Positions 1 through 9,374 are shown, numbered from the stretch's first letter. The stretch is DNA of 13,826 nucleotides from Octopus sinensis (GCF_006345805.1 NW_021826052.1:1-13826); one strand, 5' to 3'. Numbers and translations are program-made. The notes: generated from the sequence alone by a model not told the origin.

Positions 1-28
1 AACAAATTTTTATATATTTAGATACACA

Positions 29-259
29 CAGGGTTGGCCAAAAGTCACCTGACACTGAATCAAAAACATTCAATTGCAAGATTTATGTTTAACAACTGAA
101 TGAATTTAATAAAAGCATCTAAATATGAAACATCATGAAAATTGTTCAAATTGAAGTTACTCCTGACCGACACATTTTCCCTCCATTCGTGTCAATACAG
201 AATTACAGAAGGATTCATGGAATGTTGATTTACTGTCGGGTGACGCTTAGCCTACCCTG
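29..259. mobile_element. Tc1/mariner-type MITE (non-autonomous DNA transposon, 231 bp)
   Basis: Left TIR CAGGGTTGGCCAAAAGTCACCTGACA (29-54) matches the reverse complement of 234-259 (CAGGGTAGGCTAAGCGTCACCCGACA) at 21/26. TA follows the right end (260-261); CA precedes the left end (possibly a mutated TA). No coding capacity. Confidence 0.75.
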
Positions 260-292
260 TATATATAATATATATATATATATATGATGTTG

Positions 293-364
<72 letters not shown>

Positions 365-583
365 ATATATATATGTATGTATGTATGTATATATATATAT
401 ATCTATATATTATATATATATGGTATAAATATATATATGTATTGTATATATATATATATATATAACCTATATATATATATATATGTATATGTATATATAT
501 AATATGTATATATATATGTATATAATATATATTACATATATATACCTATATATATATATGTATATGTATATATATAGTATATG

Positions 584-621
<38 letters not shown>

Positions 622-855
622 TATATACCTAATATATATAATATATAGTATGTATATACTAGTATATATTATATATATATATACATATATAATATACGTA
701 TATATATATACTTATATTTATATTTATTTATATATAAGTATTTTGTGTGTTTATGTATGTATATGTATTATAAAGCATTTGTCTATACGTATACATACAC
801 ACTTACACGCACACATATTCATATGCACATATAGATAATATATACATATATACAG
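260..855. repeat. Long imperfect (TA)n / (TATG)n microsatellite
   Basis: Direct reading; source of the YI-repeat ORFs 284..502 and 581..838. Confidence 0.95.
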
Positions 856-1012
856 GCATACGCGTATTATCGTATGTATAGACATAACTAGAACACTAAG
901 TCTAAACAAGAACATTGCGAGCACCTGCTGACCCTATTCGCAGTACAAATGTACTTCACTGTAGAGTACTACTCACACTTTTGGACAGAGTGGAGCAGCT
1001 GCAATACCGCAC

Positions 1013-1082
1013 CACACACACACACACACACACACACACAACACACACAACAACACACACACACACACACACGCACACACGC
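1013..1082. repeat. (CA)n microsatellite
   Basis: Direct reading. Confidence 0.95.
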
Positions 1083-1200
1083 ACGCCCCAAATCACACAT
1101 ATACTGAAAGCAGCCATTCCATTAAACTCCTATAGATACATATTCACCGACACTCTCAAACACACTAACAACGATGCACATATACACTTATACATACATA

Positions 1201-1760
1201 CGGGGTTGTCCGGAAAGTTCGTGCCGATTTATAGTAGCTTACCTTTCGACTTATTTTAGAACATGGCTGAGTCCATAAAATAGGATTTGAACTACATCTC
1301 CATTTAGAGCATAGTTTAAGCTATCTTTTCGTGAAAGAAGGTTTATGTTCCTATAACCTGTGTCAATTCTGTAACCCTTTAAAATGGAAGATAAGAAAGT
1401 TCATTTTCGGCACTTGATGCTTTGAGAATCAGACAAAAATTGCTGCAGCTCGGCTGGGATGTGTTACCCCATCCTCCATATTCACCAGATATTACTCCTT
1501 CGGAATTCCACTTATTCAGATCTCTGCAGAATGGTAAAAATTTCAGTTCCTTGGATGATGTAAAAAGATACCTTGATGAATTCTTTGCCATGAAACCACC
1601 TCAATTCTGGAAAGAGGGCATTTTCAAGTTAAAGGAAAGATGGAGACGCATTGTGCAACAAAATGGTTCATATTTGGTTGATTAAAAATGTAATGGCAAA
1701 TATTTATTGACCTTTTTTTGTTTCCTTTAAAAATCGGCACGAACTTTCCGGACAACCCAA
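1201..1760 (+). mobile_element. Internally deleted mariner transposon (560 bp), mellifera-subfamily-like
   Basis: 30-bp TIRs: CGGGGTTGTCCGGAAAGTTCGTGCCGATTT (1201-1230) vs reverse complement of 1731-1760 TTGGGTTGTCCGGAAAGTTCGTGCCGATTT (28/30). TA on both sides (1199-1200, 1761-1762). Contains transposase remnants. The subfamily guess rests on recalled TIR and N-terminus similarity. Confidence 0.95.
1384..1685 (+). pseudogene. Mariner transposase pseudogene: N-terminal ~13 codons fused out of frame to the C-terminal ~85 codons
   Basis: ATG at 1384 reads MEDKKVHFRHLML* (mariner-like N-terminus). After a junction near 1428 another frame reads RQKLLQLGWDVLPHPPYSPDITPSEFHLFRSLQN...KLKERWRRIVQQNGSYLVD*, with the HPPYSPDLAPSD-like motif and a typical C-terminus. 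HTH, WVPHEL and the first two catalytic Asp are missing. Confidence 0.93.
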
Positions 1761-1808
1761 TACATACACTAACATATATGATCAATGAAAATACTTCATT
1801 AATTTGTG

Positions 1809-1823
1809 CACACACACACACAC

Positions 1824-1884
<61 letters not shown>
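1809..1884. repeat. (CA)n microsatellite
   Basis: Direct reading. Confidence 0.95.
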
Positions 1885-1887
<3 letters not shown>

Positions 1888-1901
1888 AACATACAGTCAT
1901 G

Positions 1902-2110
1902 AAAGAGTCTCTATGCCGTTTATCGACGTGTCAGAAATAGCATCAAAATTTTCGCCATTTCACTCTCTACCGTTGTTAAAAACGAAAGGATACATATGAA
2001 AATGTAATTCTAGAAACCCTATTTTTTGGAAATAGAATAAAGCAGGATGGTCACGGTTGGTACACCTTTGATCATGAGATTTAATGGATCTAGTTAAACA
2101 ACAACAACAA
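1902..2110 (+). mobile_element. Interspersed repeat family B, copy 1 (SINE-like body/3' end with (AAC)n tail)
   Basis: Shares blocks TCTATGC..TCGAC..AGAAATA(G/A)CA..CAAA, CTACCGT and GATGGTCACGG..CTTTGATCAT plus a TAAACAACAAC tail with copies at 2193-2400 and 2630-2790. Confidence 0.7.
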
Positions 2111-2192
2111 CAGTAGCAGCAAAAACAACAGGAACCAATGTAACAATGAAACTCAAACTCGGAAATTCACTCAAAGACAATCGATTAAAGAA

Positions 2193-2400
2193 AAAAAGTG
2201 TCTATGCAGTAGCTCGACATGCTAGAAATAACAGCCAAATCTTCACGAAATCATACGATACCGTCTTAAAGCAAAGGTGGATAAAGAAAAATATATTCGT
2301 AGATAGCGAAAAAGATGAGATAGTCACAACTATTGCGTCTTTAATCATTGCTGTACTACATTAAGGTCGACCAGGGGCTAAACAACAATTACAGCAACAA
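2193..2400 (+). mobile_element. Interspersed repeat family B, copy 2
   Basis: TCTATGCAGTAGCTCGACATGCTAGAAATAACAGCCAAAT...GATAGTCACAAC..CTTTAATCAT...GGGGCTAAACAACAA is collinear with copy 1. Confidence 0.7.
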
Positions 2401-2425
2401 CCCCGAGGAACACACGCGCGCGCAC

Positions 2426-2590
2426 TTGTTTCAGTCAAGGATTTTAGTCGAAAAAATCAACCCAATGACTTAACTTTTTAAAGTCTAGTACTTATTCTAT
2501 CAGTCTCTATTTCCGAACAGCTAAGTTTAGGGTACATAAATACACCAACACCGGTTGTCAACCGGTGATAGGGGGAGGGGAGGACACATA
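2426..2590 (-). mobile_element. SINE body fragment (family D, recalled octopus SINE type)
   Basis: TTAGTCGAAAAAATCAACCC..TAGTACTTATTCTATC resembles the TAGTCGATTACATCGACCCC..TGGTACTTA.TTTATCG block of the minus-strand family A copies. The rest matches my recollection of a cephalopod SINE (unverified). Confidence 0.5.
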
Positions 2591-2629
2591 CGCGAAGTTT
2601 TCAAATAATAGACCCGCGTCATGAAAAAT

Positions 2630-2790
2630 AACCAGTAAGTTAAAAGAGCCAAAAGATGAAAAATGACATAGGTATACAGAAGATCTATCTTATATATATA
2701 TAAATACGGCGGTGATGGTCACGGCTGGAACACATTTGAATTATAATTTTTGGCGTTCAGGGTTGATGACTTGGATCTAAACGACAACAA
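2630..2790 (+). mobile_element. Interspersed repeat family B, copy 3 (decayed)
   Basis: GATGGTCACGGCTGGAACACATTTGAATTAT (2714-2744) matches GATGGTCACGGTTGGTACACCTTTGATCAT (2046-2075); ends in CTAAACGACAACAA. Confidence 0.6.
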
Positions 2791-3073
2791 ACTTAGCACG
2801 GCCCCTTAACGCACGCTAGACTTATACAGTCATATTGTCTTACTTTTTCTGAAGATGCAATATAAATTCTAATCTTCACAGTGTTGTTATTGCGATTTAG
2901 GAAAGAAAACTACTGAAAGAAAAGACGAAAAACGTAAAGAAAAGACAAAAAAAGGAAAAACACAAGAAAAATGTAACAAAAGAAGAAGAAAAAAATCGCA
3001 ATGATTGGAAACTCGGTGTGGAATATTCTAGCAATCTAATTTGGAAAACAATTACAACTTGATGCTTCGCCAG

Positions 3074-3084
3074 TGTGTGTATGT

Positions 3085-3124
<40 letters not shown>

Positions 3125-3149
3125 TCGCATGTCTGTATGTGTGTTTGGG

Positions 3150-3182
<33 letters not shown>

Positions 3183-3546
3183 CATAGTCTGCATATATAT
3201 ATATGTATTATGTATATAAATATATATGTTTATATATATATGCATGCTTTTATGTATGTATATCTGTGTGTGTGTGTGTGTGTATGTGTGTAAACGAGTG
3301 TGTCTCTGGCTACATATATATATATTTAATATTGTGTATATAAGTGCAGATGGTGTGTTTAGCGAGGCATTATCTTGACAAAGCTGTATATTGAACTATA
3401 CACATATACGTACAAACGTAGATACATACATAATCATACACATATACGTGTATATACATGCATACATTCACATATATACATAGATGTACTAATTCATACA
3501 GCTACATATACGTACAAGCATACACACACACACACACACAACACAC

Positions 3547-3593
<47 letters not shown>

Positions 3594-3613
3594 CCTGTAT
3601 ATGCTTGTATACA

Positions 3614-3647
<34 letters not shown>

Positions 3648-4290
3648 CTTACATGCAAATATATGTATGCATATACACACATACTCACACGTATCCACAC
3701 CCACGTGCACACACATATACGCATGTATGTATAGACAACTAGGTGTGAATGTGTTTTTTTTTAAAATATGTATGAATGTATTGTGATGAAAAGAAAGACG
3801 ACGACCACGGCGTTCATCACAACGATGATGATGATGATGATGATATGCGACTACACATATGCTGTATGCATCTATATCAACCCAGACATATACATACATA
3901 AACTTACAACACCACACACACATACACTCATATATATTTATATATGTGTGTGTGTATGTGTGTGAGTGTATATATATATATATTTATATATATATATATA
4001 TATACATTTGTAGATGTATATATGAGTATATGTATGTGTGTGTCTGTATATATATATATATGTATACACATACATATTTGTGTATATATATATATATATA
4101 CATACACATATATATATATCCATATACATACATATATCTATTTATTTATATACATATATGCGTATTACAAAGACACACACATACATATATTAATACATAC
4201 GCACATGTATACACATACACATACGCACACACCACACACACACACACACATACTCATGCATATAATGCATATGTAAGTGTGTGTTTGAGT
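3074..4290. repeat. Compound (GT)n/(TA)n/(CA)n low-complexity block with a short (GAT)n run
   Basis: Direct reading; source of the many CV/YI/HT repeat ORFs. Confidence 0.95.
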
Positions 4291-4721
4291 ATGCAGGAAG
4301 TAAAATTCCATTTTCGGAAGAATTAGATGAATTCCATAAGAGAGTGTTTTAAAGTAAGACAAAGATCCTATCTCTTTTAACATTTGAGAAACATAATCAA
4401 GAAACGATGAAAGAAATTGAATAAAACGAGAAGAAGGCAAAAAAAAAAAAAAAAAAATGAAGATAAAAGAAAAAGGAAGTAAAACACAAGAAAAGGTAAT
4501 TAAATAGATAAATAAATAAGCGCTCTTTCAAACAAAAGGAAACCTTTAAATTATCAATATAGCGGCAGTTTATGAGTATTTCTGAGCGTTGTGTTGTATG
4601 TTGAGCGTGTGTGTGTGTGTGTGTGGCGTTGCCACGCCGTGAAGATCAAGCGGTGTAGTACCTGTTGGAGGAGTATGTAATTCTTGAGAGACTGAATGCT
4701 AGAGTGTAAGATGCTTTTCTT

Positions 4722-4850
4722 TTCTCGACTGGCTATAATTAACAGCCAAATGTTTCTTAGATCTCACACTAATGTTTTAAAGAAGCAAAGCTGCAAGGTG
4801 GAAGAACGGTTGGTCGTCCCAGTTAAAATGGCGTTAAACGTTAACGTCAT
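4722..4850 (+). mobile_element. Family B fragment, copy 4
   Basis: CTCGACTGGCTATAATTAACAGCCAAATGTTTCTTAGATCTCAC matches CTCGACATGCTAGAAATAACAGCCAAATCTTCACGAAATCATAC of copy 2. Confidence 0.55.
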
Positions 4851-4929
4851 CATCAATAGCAGGTACAATAGATATCATCGTTGCAACCGACAAACAGTTA
4901 AACACGTAGGTATATATGTACTAAGAAAG

Positions 4930-4985
4930 AAGCCACTGTGTAGACACTGAACCTGTTAGAATTAGCAGCCAAATATCTCTCAAGC
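4930..4985 (+). mobile_element. Family B fragment, copy 5
   Basis: ACCTGTTAGAATTAGCAGCCAAATATCTCTCAA matches the same family B block. Confidence 0.5.
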
Positions 4986-5142
4986 GACCACATAGATATG
5001 AGATGTAATGATTACTATCAACACTTGTTGGGTTAAACGGTTCAGTATCGACAGACGAAGAAAACTCTGCAGAAGAAAAGGTGTCAAATGCTTTAACAAC
5101 AGATCAACAGATAGTAAAAACGCATGCAGCGTCTTGGGAAAA

Positions 5143-5270
5143 GTGGCAAAATGGCGGAGTTGTTAGGGCGTCTATCTGAATGCGCTGTGGTATTTGTTCC
5201 GACTTTCAGCAAATTGAGTTTAAATCTCACCGAGACCATCTTTACTTTTAATCCTTTGGGATCGATAAAA
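5143..5270 (+). mobile_element. tRNA-derived SINE family A, decayed 5' copy
   Basis: TGGCGGAGTTGTTAG..GAGTTTAAATCTCACCGAG..CTTTACTTTTAATCCTTTGGGATCGATAAAA is collinear with 8522-8650. A further short head fragment (GTTCTGAGTTCAAATACC) lies near 5360-5380. Confidence 0.65.
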
Positions 5271-5694
5271 ACTAGAAAGAAAAAAAAAAAACTCCAATTC
5301 CAGACAGTGAATTGGTTGAATTGTATGGATGCTTTACATAGTTTGTTGAAAATCTTAGTGTTCTGAGTTCAAATACCACCTGGTATTCGAGATAGGTTTC
5401 TTCTCCGAGGAATTTCTACTTTTTCATTCCCACTGGTTCCAGAGTCCACGTTACGAATAATGTATTTTGGCTTCCATCCATTAACAATCTTTTTTTAAAA
5501 TGTATTTATTTAATAGAACCAACACCAAACGCTTCCATGAACTCTACATAAATACATCTACTGTGATCTTTTATGACGTTTTTTCATCTAAGTCTACGGG
5601 TCCGTACTAGAATTGAAAAATGCGAAAAGAAAAAAAAAAGAACGATTTTATTACTAAAGTCATTTTGGTAGATAAAAGAAAACCAGCTAGCAAC

Positions 5695-5912
5695 TATTTG
5701 TTTCAAATTTTAGCACAAAGCCAACAATTTCAAGGGAAAGGAGTAAGTCGATTAGGTCGATCCCAGTGCTCAACTGGTACTTATTTTATCGACCCAGAAG
5801 GGATGAAAGGCAAAGTCGACCACAGCGGGATTTGAACTCAGAACCTAAAAAACAGACGAAATGCTGCTAAGCATTTTGCTCGGCTCGGTAACGATTCTGC
5901 CAGCTCGCCACC
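5695..5912 (-). mobile_element. tRNA-derived SINE family A, near full length
   Basis: The reverse complement aligns end to end with 8522-8750. A-box-like TGGCAGAATCG and B-box GAGTTCAAATCC (5839-5828). Confidence 0.88.
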
Positions 5913-6900
5913 TTCGCCAGTTATTTGCAGACGAAAACACATTTGATAAATCAAATTTATTTGTATTATATAAAATACGAATTCTCTGTTTGCGTGAAAC
6001 AGCATGTTCAATGAAGCAGCTATTAGTTATCATAGAAACAACTAATATTTTGCTCATGAAGCGAAATCCCCGATCGTTTGTGACTTAATACATGGTTATA
6101 ACGACTGTGAGATTAAGTGAACAGTCTCATTAGTTTAACTAGGACGTCTTATGATAGATACACTTGGGTTATCATAAACACATAGTATTCTCTTCACTAA
6201 ACATTGGCCACAATTTATCAACATATCCGTAAAGTCTTTTGAAGAACTTTGCTCGAACGGCCGAGTATATTCTAAGATGATCAATAGATGATCAATATAA
6301 AATTAGAAATTAAACTTAATTCATCCAACTTTTCAGCCAACTTAAATTTGGAACAAAATGGCAGTCACTAGAATTGGTCAATTAGTTATGGTCTGTCTCA
6401 GTAAGAATCAGATTGAAATTTGTAACTAAGTGATGCCTTGTTGAAACATCAGCTGAAATAGAGAGTAATATTTCGGATATTCCTATTAGGCAGCGGAGAA
6501 ATGAAGAATTTGTTAGAAAGCTACAAAAAGGTCAGAAGATTGCCTAGAAGCTGTAATAGTAAGAATGGAAATAAAAAGACAAAGGGAGCGATATGGAAAC
6601 CCTCTTGTCCAACGAGTTATTGATGCAAATATTAGATTTATTTTTATAGGGTTTAATCAGTCTTGAAAGGGCAGCGGTCATGCTGATGTGTCTACAAAGT
6701 TCAAGAGAAAACTAATGGCGGAAAGTGAAGGAATTCTAAGCTATTTTCAGACCAGAGATCTTGGTTAAGTTTTTGCAAAATAAGGAACTGCTAATGCACT
6801 GAAGGGCCAGTCGGTGATGGTATTAAACCAGATGGCTTGTTCTAGTATGCTGCTAAGAAGGGCCTCTAATAATGTTCTATTTATCTTATTTGTTTCTTGA

Positions 6901-7008
6901 GTCAATCTGGAGCTAAGGTAGAAGAAACTCTACGAAGGTAATGACGAGTGGAGTCGAACCCGATTCATGCAATTGCGAAACAAGATTCTTACCCATATAA
7001 CCACGTGC
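6901..7008 (-). mobile_element. Decayed tRNA-derived SINE head (family D-like)
   Basis: The minus strand has A-box-like TGGTTATATGG (7003-6993) and B-box GGTTCGACTCC (6960-6950) at tRNA-like spacing; no intact cloverleaf. Confidence 0.55.
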
Positions 7009-7061
7009 ACTCTTTTCAGTTCATTTGCTATAATGTTTACACTATTATATAAACCAGTTGT

Positions 7062-7116
7062 GTATGTATGTATGCATGTATGTATGTATGTATGTATGTA
7101 TGTACTATCTATCTAT
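7062..7116. repeat. (TATG)n followed by short (TATC)n
   Basis: Direct reading. Confidence 0.9.
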
Positions 7117-7120
7117 TTTT

Positions 7121-7664
7121 CGAGTGCTACTGGTAACATGTAATCCAGTACAACCTGTTGCATGGTCGGGTCGTCGCTGACTAAACCGGCAACCCCACCA
7201 AGCTTGCTTGGTGAGGAGGGTGTTTATTGGACACCCTGCGGGATGAAAAACAAAACCCGTCAAAGGGCAGAGGAACTCTTGAGAGTCAACGGCCATCCAA
7301 TAAATGTCTTAAGGCTGTATCATGCGCGGGGACATAGAAATAATCGGACTGAATACCCGATCGCGCGGTTAAACCATTGGGAGTGAAGGACTCCTAGCCT
7401 TTGTTAGGGCATCCTTCTAGGAGAAGGTAACTCAGGTAACTGGGATAACTCCGACATAAAACCTGCGGCTCAGTGGTTACCGATGATGTTGACTTGTTCT
7501 TCTTTTCGGATTATGGCTGCTGTTGCTTAGTGAGTGGGATTGACTCAGTGCACAGCATTTCCTCACTTTAAAAAAAAATCTTCATGCACAGGCATTGCAC
7601 GATAACAACATTGATTAAGCTTCGTGCAATGGCCATACTCGATAACGAGGGGGCAGCCACCATG
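7121..7664 (+). mobile_element. Probable non-autonomous RTE-derived retroelement (5'UTR-like part joined to an RTE-like 3' end), highly structured
   Basis: GC-richer island between TATC repeats with no credible ORF. It ends in CATACTCGATAACGAGGGGGCAGCC (CTCG-ataa-CGAG hairpin) followed by a tandem-repeat tail, as I recall for RTE 3' ends. The internal TAGGGCATCCTTCTAGGAGAAGGTAACTC resembles recalled RTE 5'UTR motifs. The family call is from memory. Confidence 0.6.

Positions 7665-7746
<82 letters not shown>
7665..7746. repeat. Perfect (TATC)n microsatellite, probably the tail of the preceding element
   Basis: Direct reading. Confidence 0.95.
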
Positions 7747-7799
7747 CACACACCTACATATGCCCACACACAAGGTTACGGACTGGTGAATGGGTATAA

Positions 7800-7980
7800 T
7801 TAATTTAATCGAACTTAGTACTTGATTGGTATGTATTTAATCGGTCTGGGAAGGATGAACGGCTAGAGTCATCTTGAGCGCGATTTGAATTCAGAACGTA
7901 GAGGTACGTAACTAAGAGAAAGCATTTGTCCAGAGAAAACATTTGTCCAGCAGTATATTGATTCTGTCAACCAGCGCACC
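7800..7980 (-). mobile_element. SINE family A, decayed copy with an internal 17-bp tandem duplication
   Basis: GAAGGATGAACGGC..GATTTGAATTCAGAACGTA..AAGCATTT..GATTCTGTCA is collinear with 5760-5912. Duplication AGAGAAAGCATTTGTCC / AGAGAAAACATTTGTCC at 7915-7948. Confidence 0.7.
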
Positions 7981-8179
7981 TGTCATAAAATAATTGACAC
8001 ATTAAACATCGTTTATGTTGTTAGAAATACAACTCTAGAATTTAAAAACAATATCAAAGTATTTATCATTAAAGGAGTGCTACGCTATAACCAAGTTGAT
8101 ATAAACATTATTTTCTGTAATAAAACAGAGAATATAGTGTGGCTAAAATTATTTCACAGTAACACGTCAACAAGTGTGC

Positions 8180-8290
8180 GCTGATGGTGGATCTCTGTCA
8201 TTCGACGACGAGGATTCAGTTGTTTGATCAACTGAATTACCTGTTCCTGAATTAACGTAAACGTGGCCGAACCATCCCTGGACAGATACT
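8180..8290 (-). mobile_element. Probable SINE 3' fragment with stem-loop
   Basis: 9-bp perfect stem ATTCAGTTG/CAACTGAAT (8214-8237). The flanking CCTGTTCCTGAATTAACGT..GTGGC resembles a recalled cephalopod SINE segment (unverified). Confidence 0.4.
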
Positions 8291-8317
8291 TTTTTTTTTT
8301 TTTGCCTTTTCTTGTCT

Positions 8318-8414
8318 TTTCATCGACTGTGGAAGGATGAAAGGTGAAGCTGATTTCGTTTGAACTTGAAATCAGAGCGCAGTGATTCGGTACAAGAGCT
8401 GTAAAAGTTTTGTC
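8318..8414 (-). mobile_element. SINE family A fragment
   Basis: TTCATCGAC..GAAGGATGAAAGGTGAAG..CTTGAAATCAGAGCG is collinear with 5785-5845. Confidence 0.6.
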
Positions 8415-8521
8415 AATTAATCACCTTATCAAATAGTAAGAACGGTTAACCAGACAAATAGAACAAATAGAGAGCGGGCGAAAAGTCACGAAGATTGATT
8501 GCCACATTGCCCTCTATACAG

Positions 8522-8750
8522 GGCGGTGAGCTAGCAGAATCGTTAGCACGTCGGGTAAAATGCTTAGCGGCATTTCATCCGTCTTTACGTTCTGAGTCCA
8601 AATCCCGCTGAAGTCGACTTTGCCTTCCATCTTTTCATGATCGATAAAATAAGCACCAATTGAGCACTGGCGGGGAAGGGGTGTCGATGTAATCGACTAG
8701 CCTTCTTCCTCGAAAATACTAGCCTTGCGTCAAAATTTGAAACCAATATT
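8522..8750 (+). mobile_element. tRNA-derived SINE family A, near full length
   Basis: GGCGGTGAGCTAGCAGAATCGTTAG head, B-box-like GAGTCCAAATCC (8594-8605), body GTCGACTTTGCCTT..TCGATAAAATAAG, hairpin GTCGAT-gta-ATCGAC. Homologous to five other copies in the window. Confidence 0.88.
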
Positions 8751-8783
8751 GCTTCTCTTCTCTTCTTGGAGGCATCATCCTGT

Positions 8784-9365
8784 CAGGCTGATTGCCCGGG
8801 CCGCGAAATTTTTTTCCCATGAGAGTTCCGGACTCTAGTTATGAACTCATTTGCATACAGCCAATCAGATCTCAACAATCAAACTAATCTATGAGCGCAT
8901 AGCAAGTGATGGACGATAAGATAAGGTCACTTGGGTAAGGAATGACCATACTTCTTTTCTCTTTTAATAATGCTTCTTGATCTTGTTCTTGTTTCAACCA
9001 GGGCTGCCTCTGCCATAGTTATTTTTTGTTGTTTACTTTGAAAAACAATAAGAGGAGAGGGTTGCTAGCACATCACCATCTACCCACATTTTCCCAACCA
9101 CATCTTTACCATATGGGACCCTAACAAAATCCGATAAAAGGTATAGCTGCAGTTCTATCTAATTACTGGTCCCCTTCTAAAATCCGGCATAACTTGGCGA
9201 TCGGTCGACTTACGACACCGTTCTTCCTCTTGAGTTTACTCGGTAGAGTGTCTTTGTTAACTTGACAACAAGGTCAAGGTGAGCTCTGATTGGCTGTATA
9301 CAAATGAGTTCATTACTGGGTCCGGAACTCACGTGGGAAAAAAATCTCGCTCCTGGGCCAGCCTG
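8784..9365. mobile_element. Non-autonomous DNA transposon with ~90-bp terminal inverted repeats (superfamily unresolved)
   Basis: 8784-8874 (CAGGCTG..TTTTTTTCCCATGAGAGTTCCGGACTCTAGTTATGAACTCATTTGCATACAGCCAATCAGATCTCA) aligns with the reverse complement of 9280-9365 (CAGGCTG..TTTTTTTCCCACGTGAGTTCCGGACCCAGTAATGAACTCATTTGTATACAGCCAATCAGAGCTCA). Flanks TCATCCTGT / ACGACCTGT match at 6/9. Confidence 0.85.
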
Positions 9366-9374
9366 ACGACCTGT

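Noticed and set aside
915-1010. GC-richer island with two E-boxes (CACCTG, CAGCTG) as an enhancer
   Set aside because: Hexamers occur readily by chance; no conservation evidence available.
1422-1685. 87-aa ORF as a functional transposase or SETMAR-like exon
   Set aside because: Lies inside a TIR-bounded deleted element, starts at TTG, and lacks most of the catalytic and DNA-binding domains.
284-4440. Numerous YI/CV/HT-repeat ORFs on both strands (also 10683-11371 and 13251-13599)
   Set aside because: Translations of stop-poor microsatellites; not genes.
8927-9016. Minus-strand 29-aa ORF MAEAALVETRTRSRSIIKREKKYGHSLPK inside the TIR element
   Set aside because: Too short, with no recognisable transposase motif.
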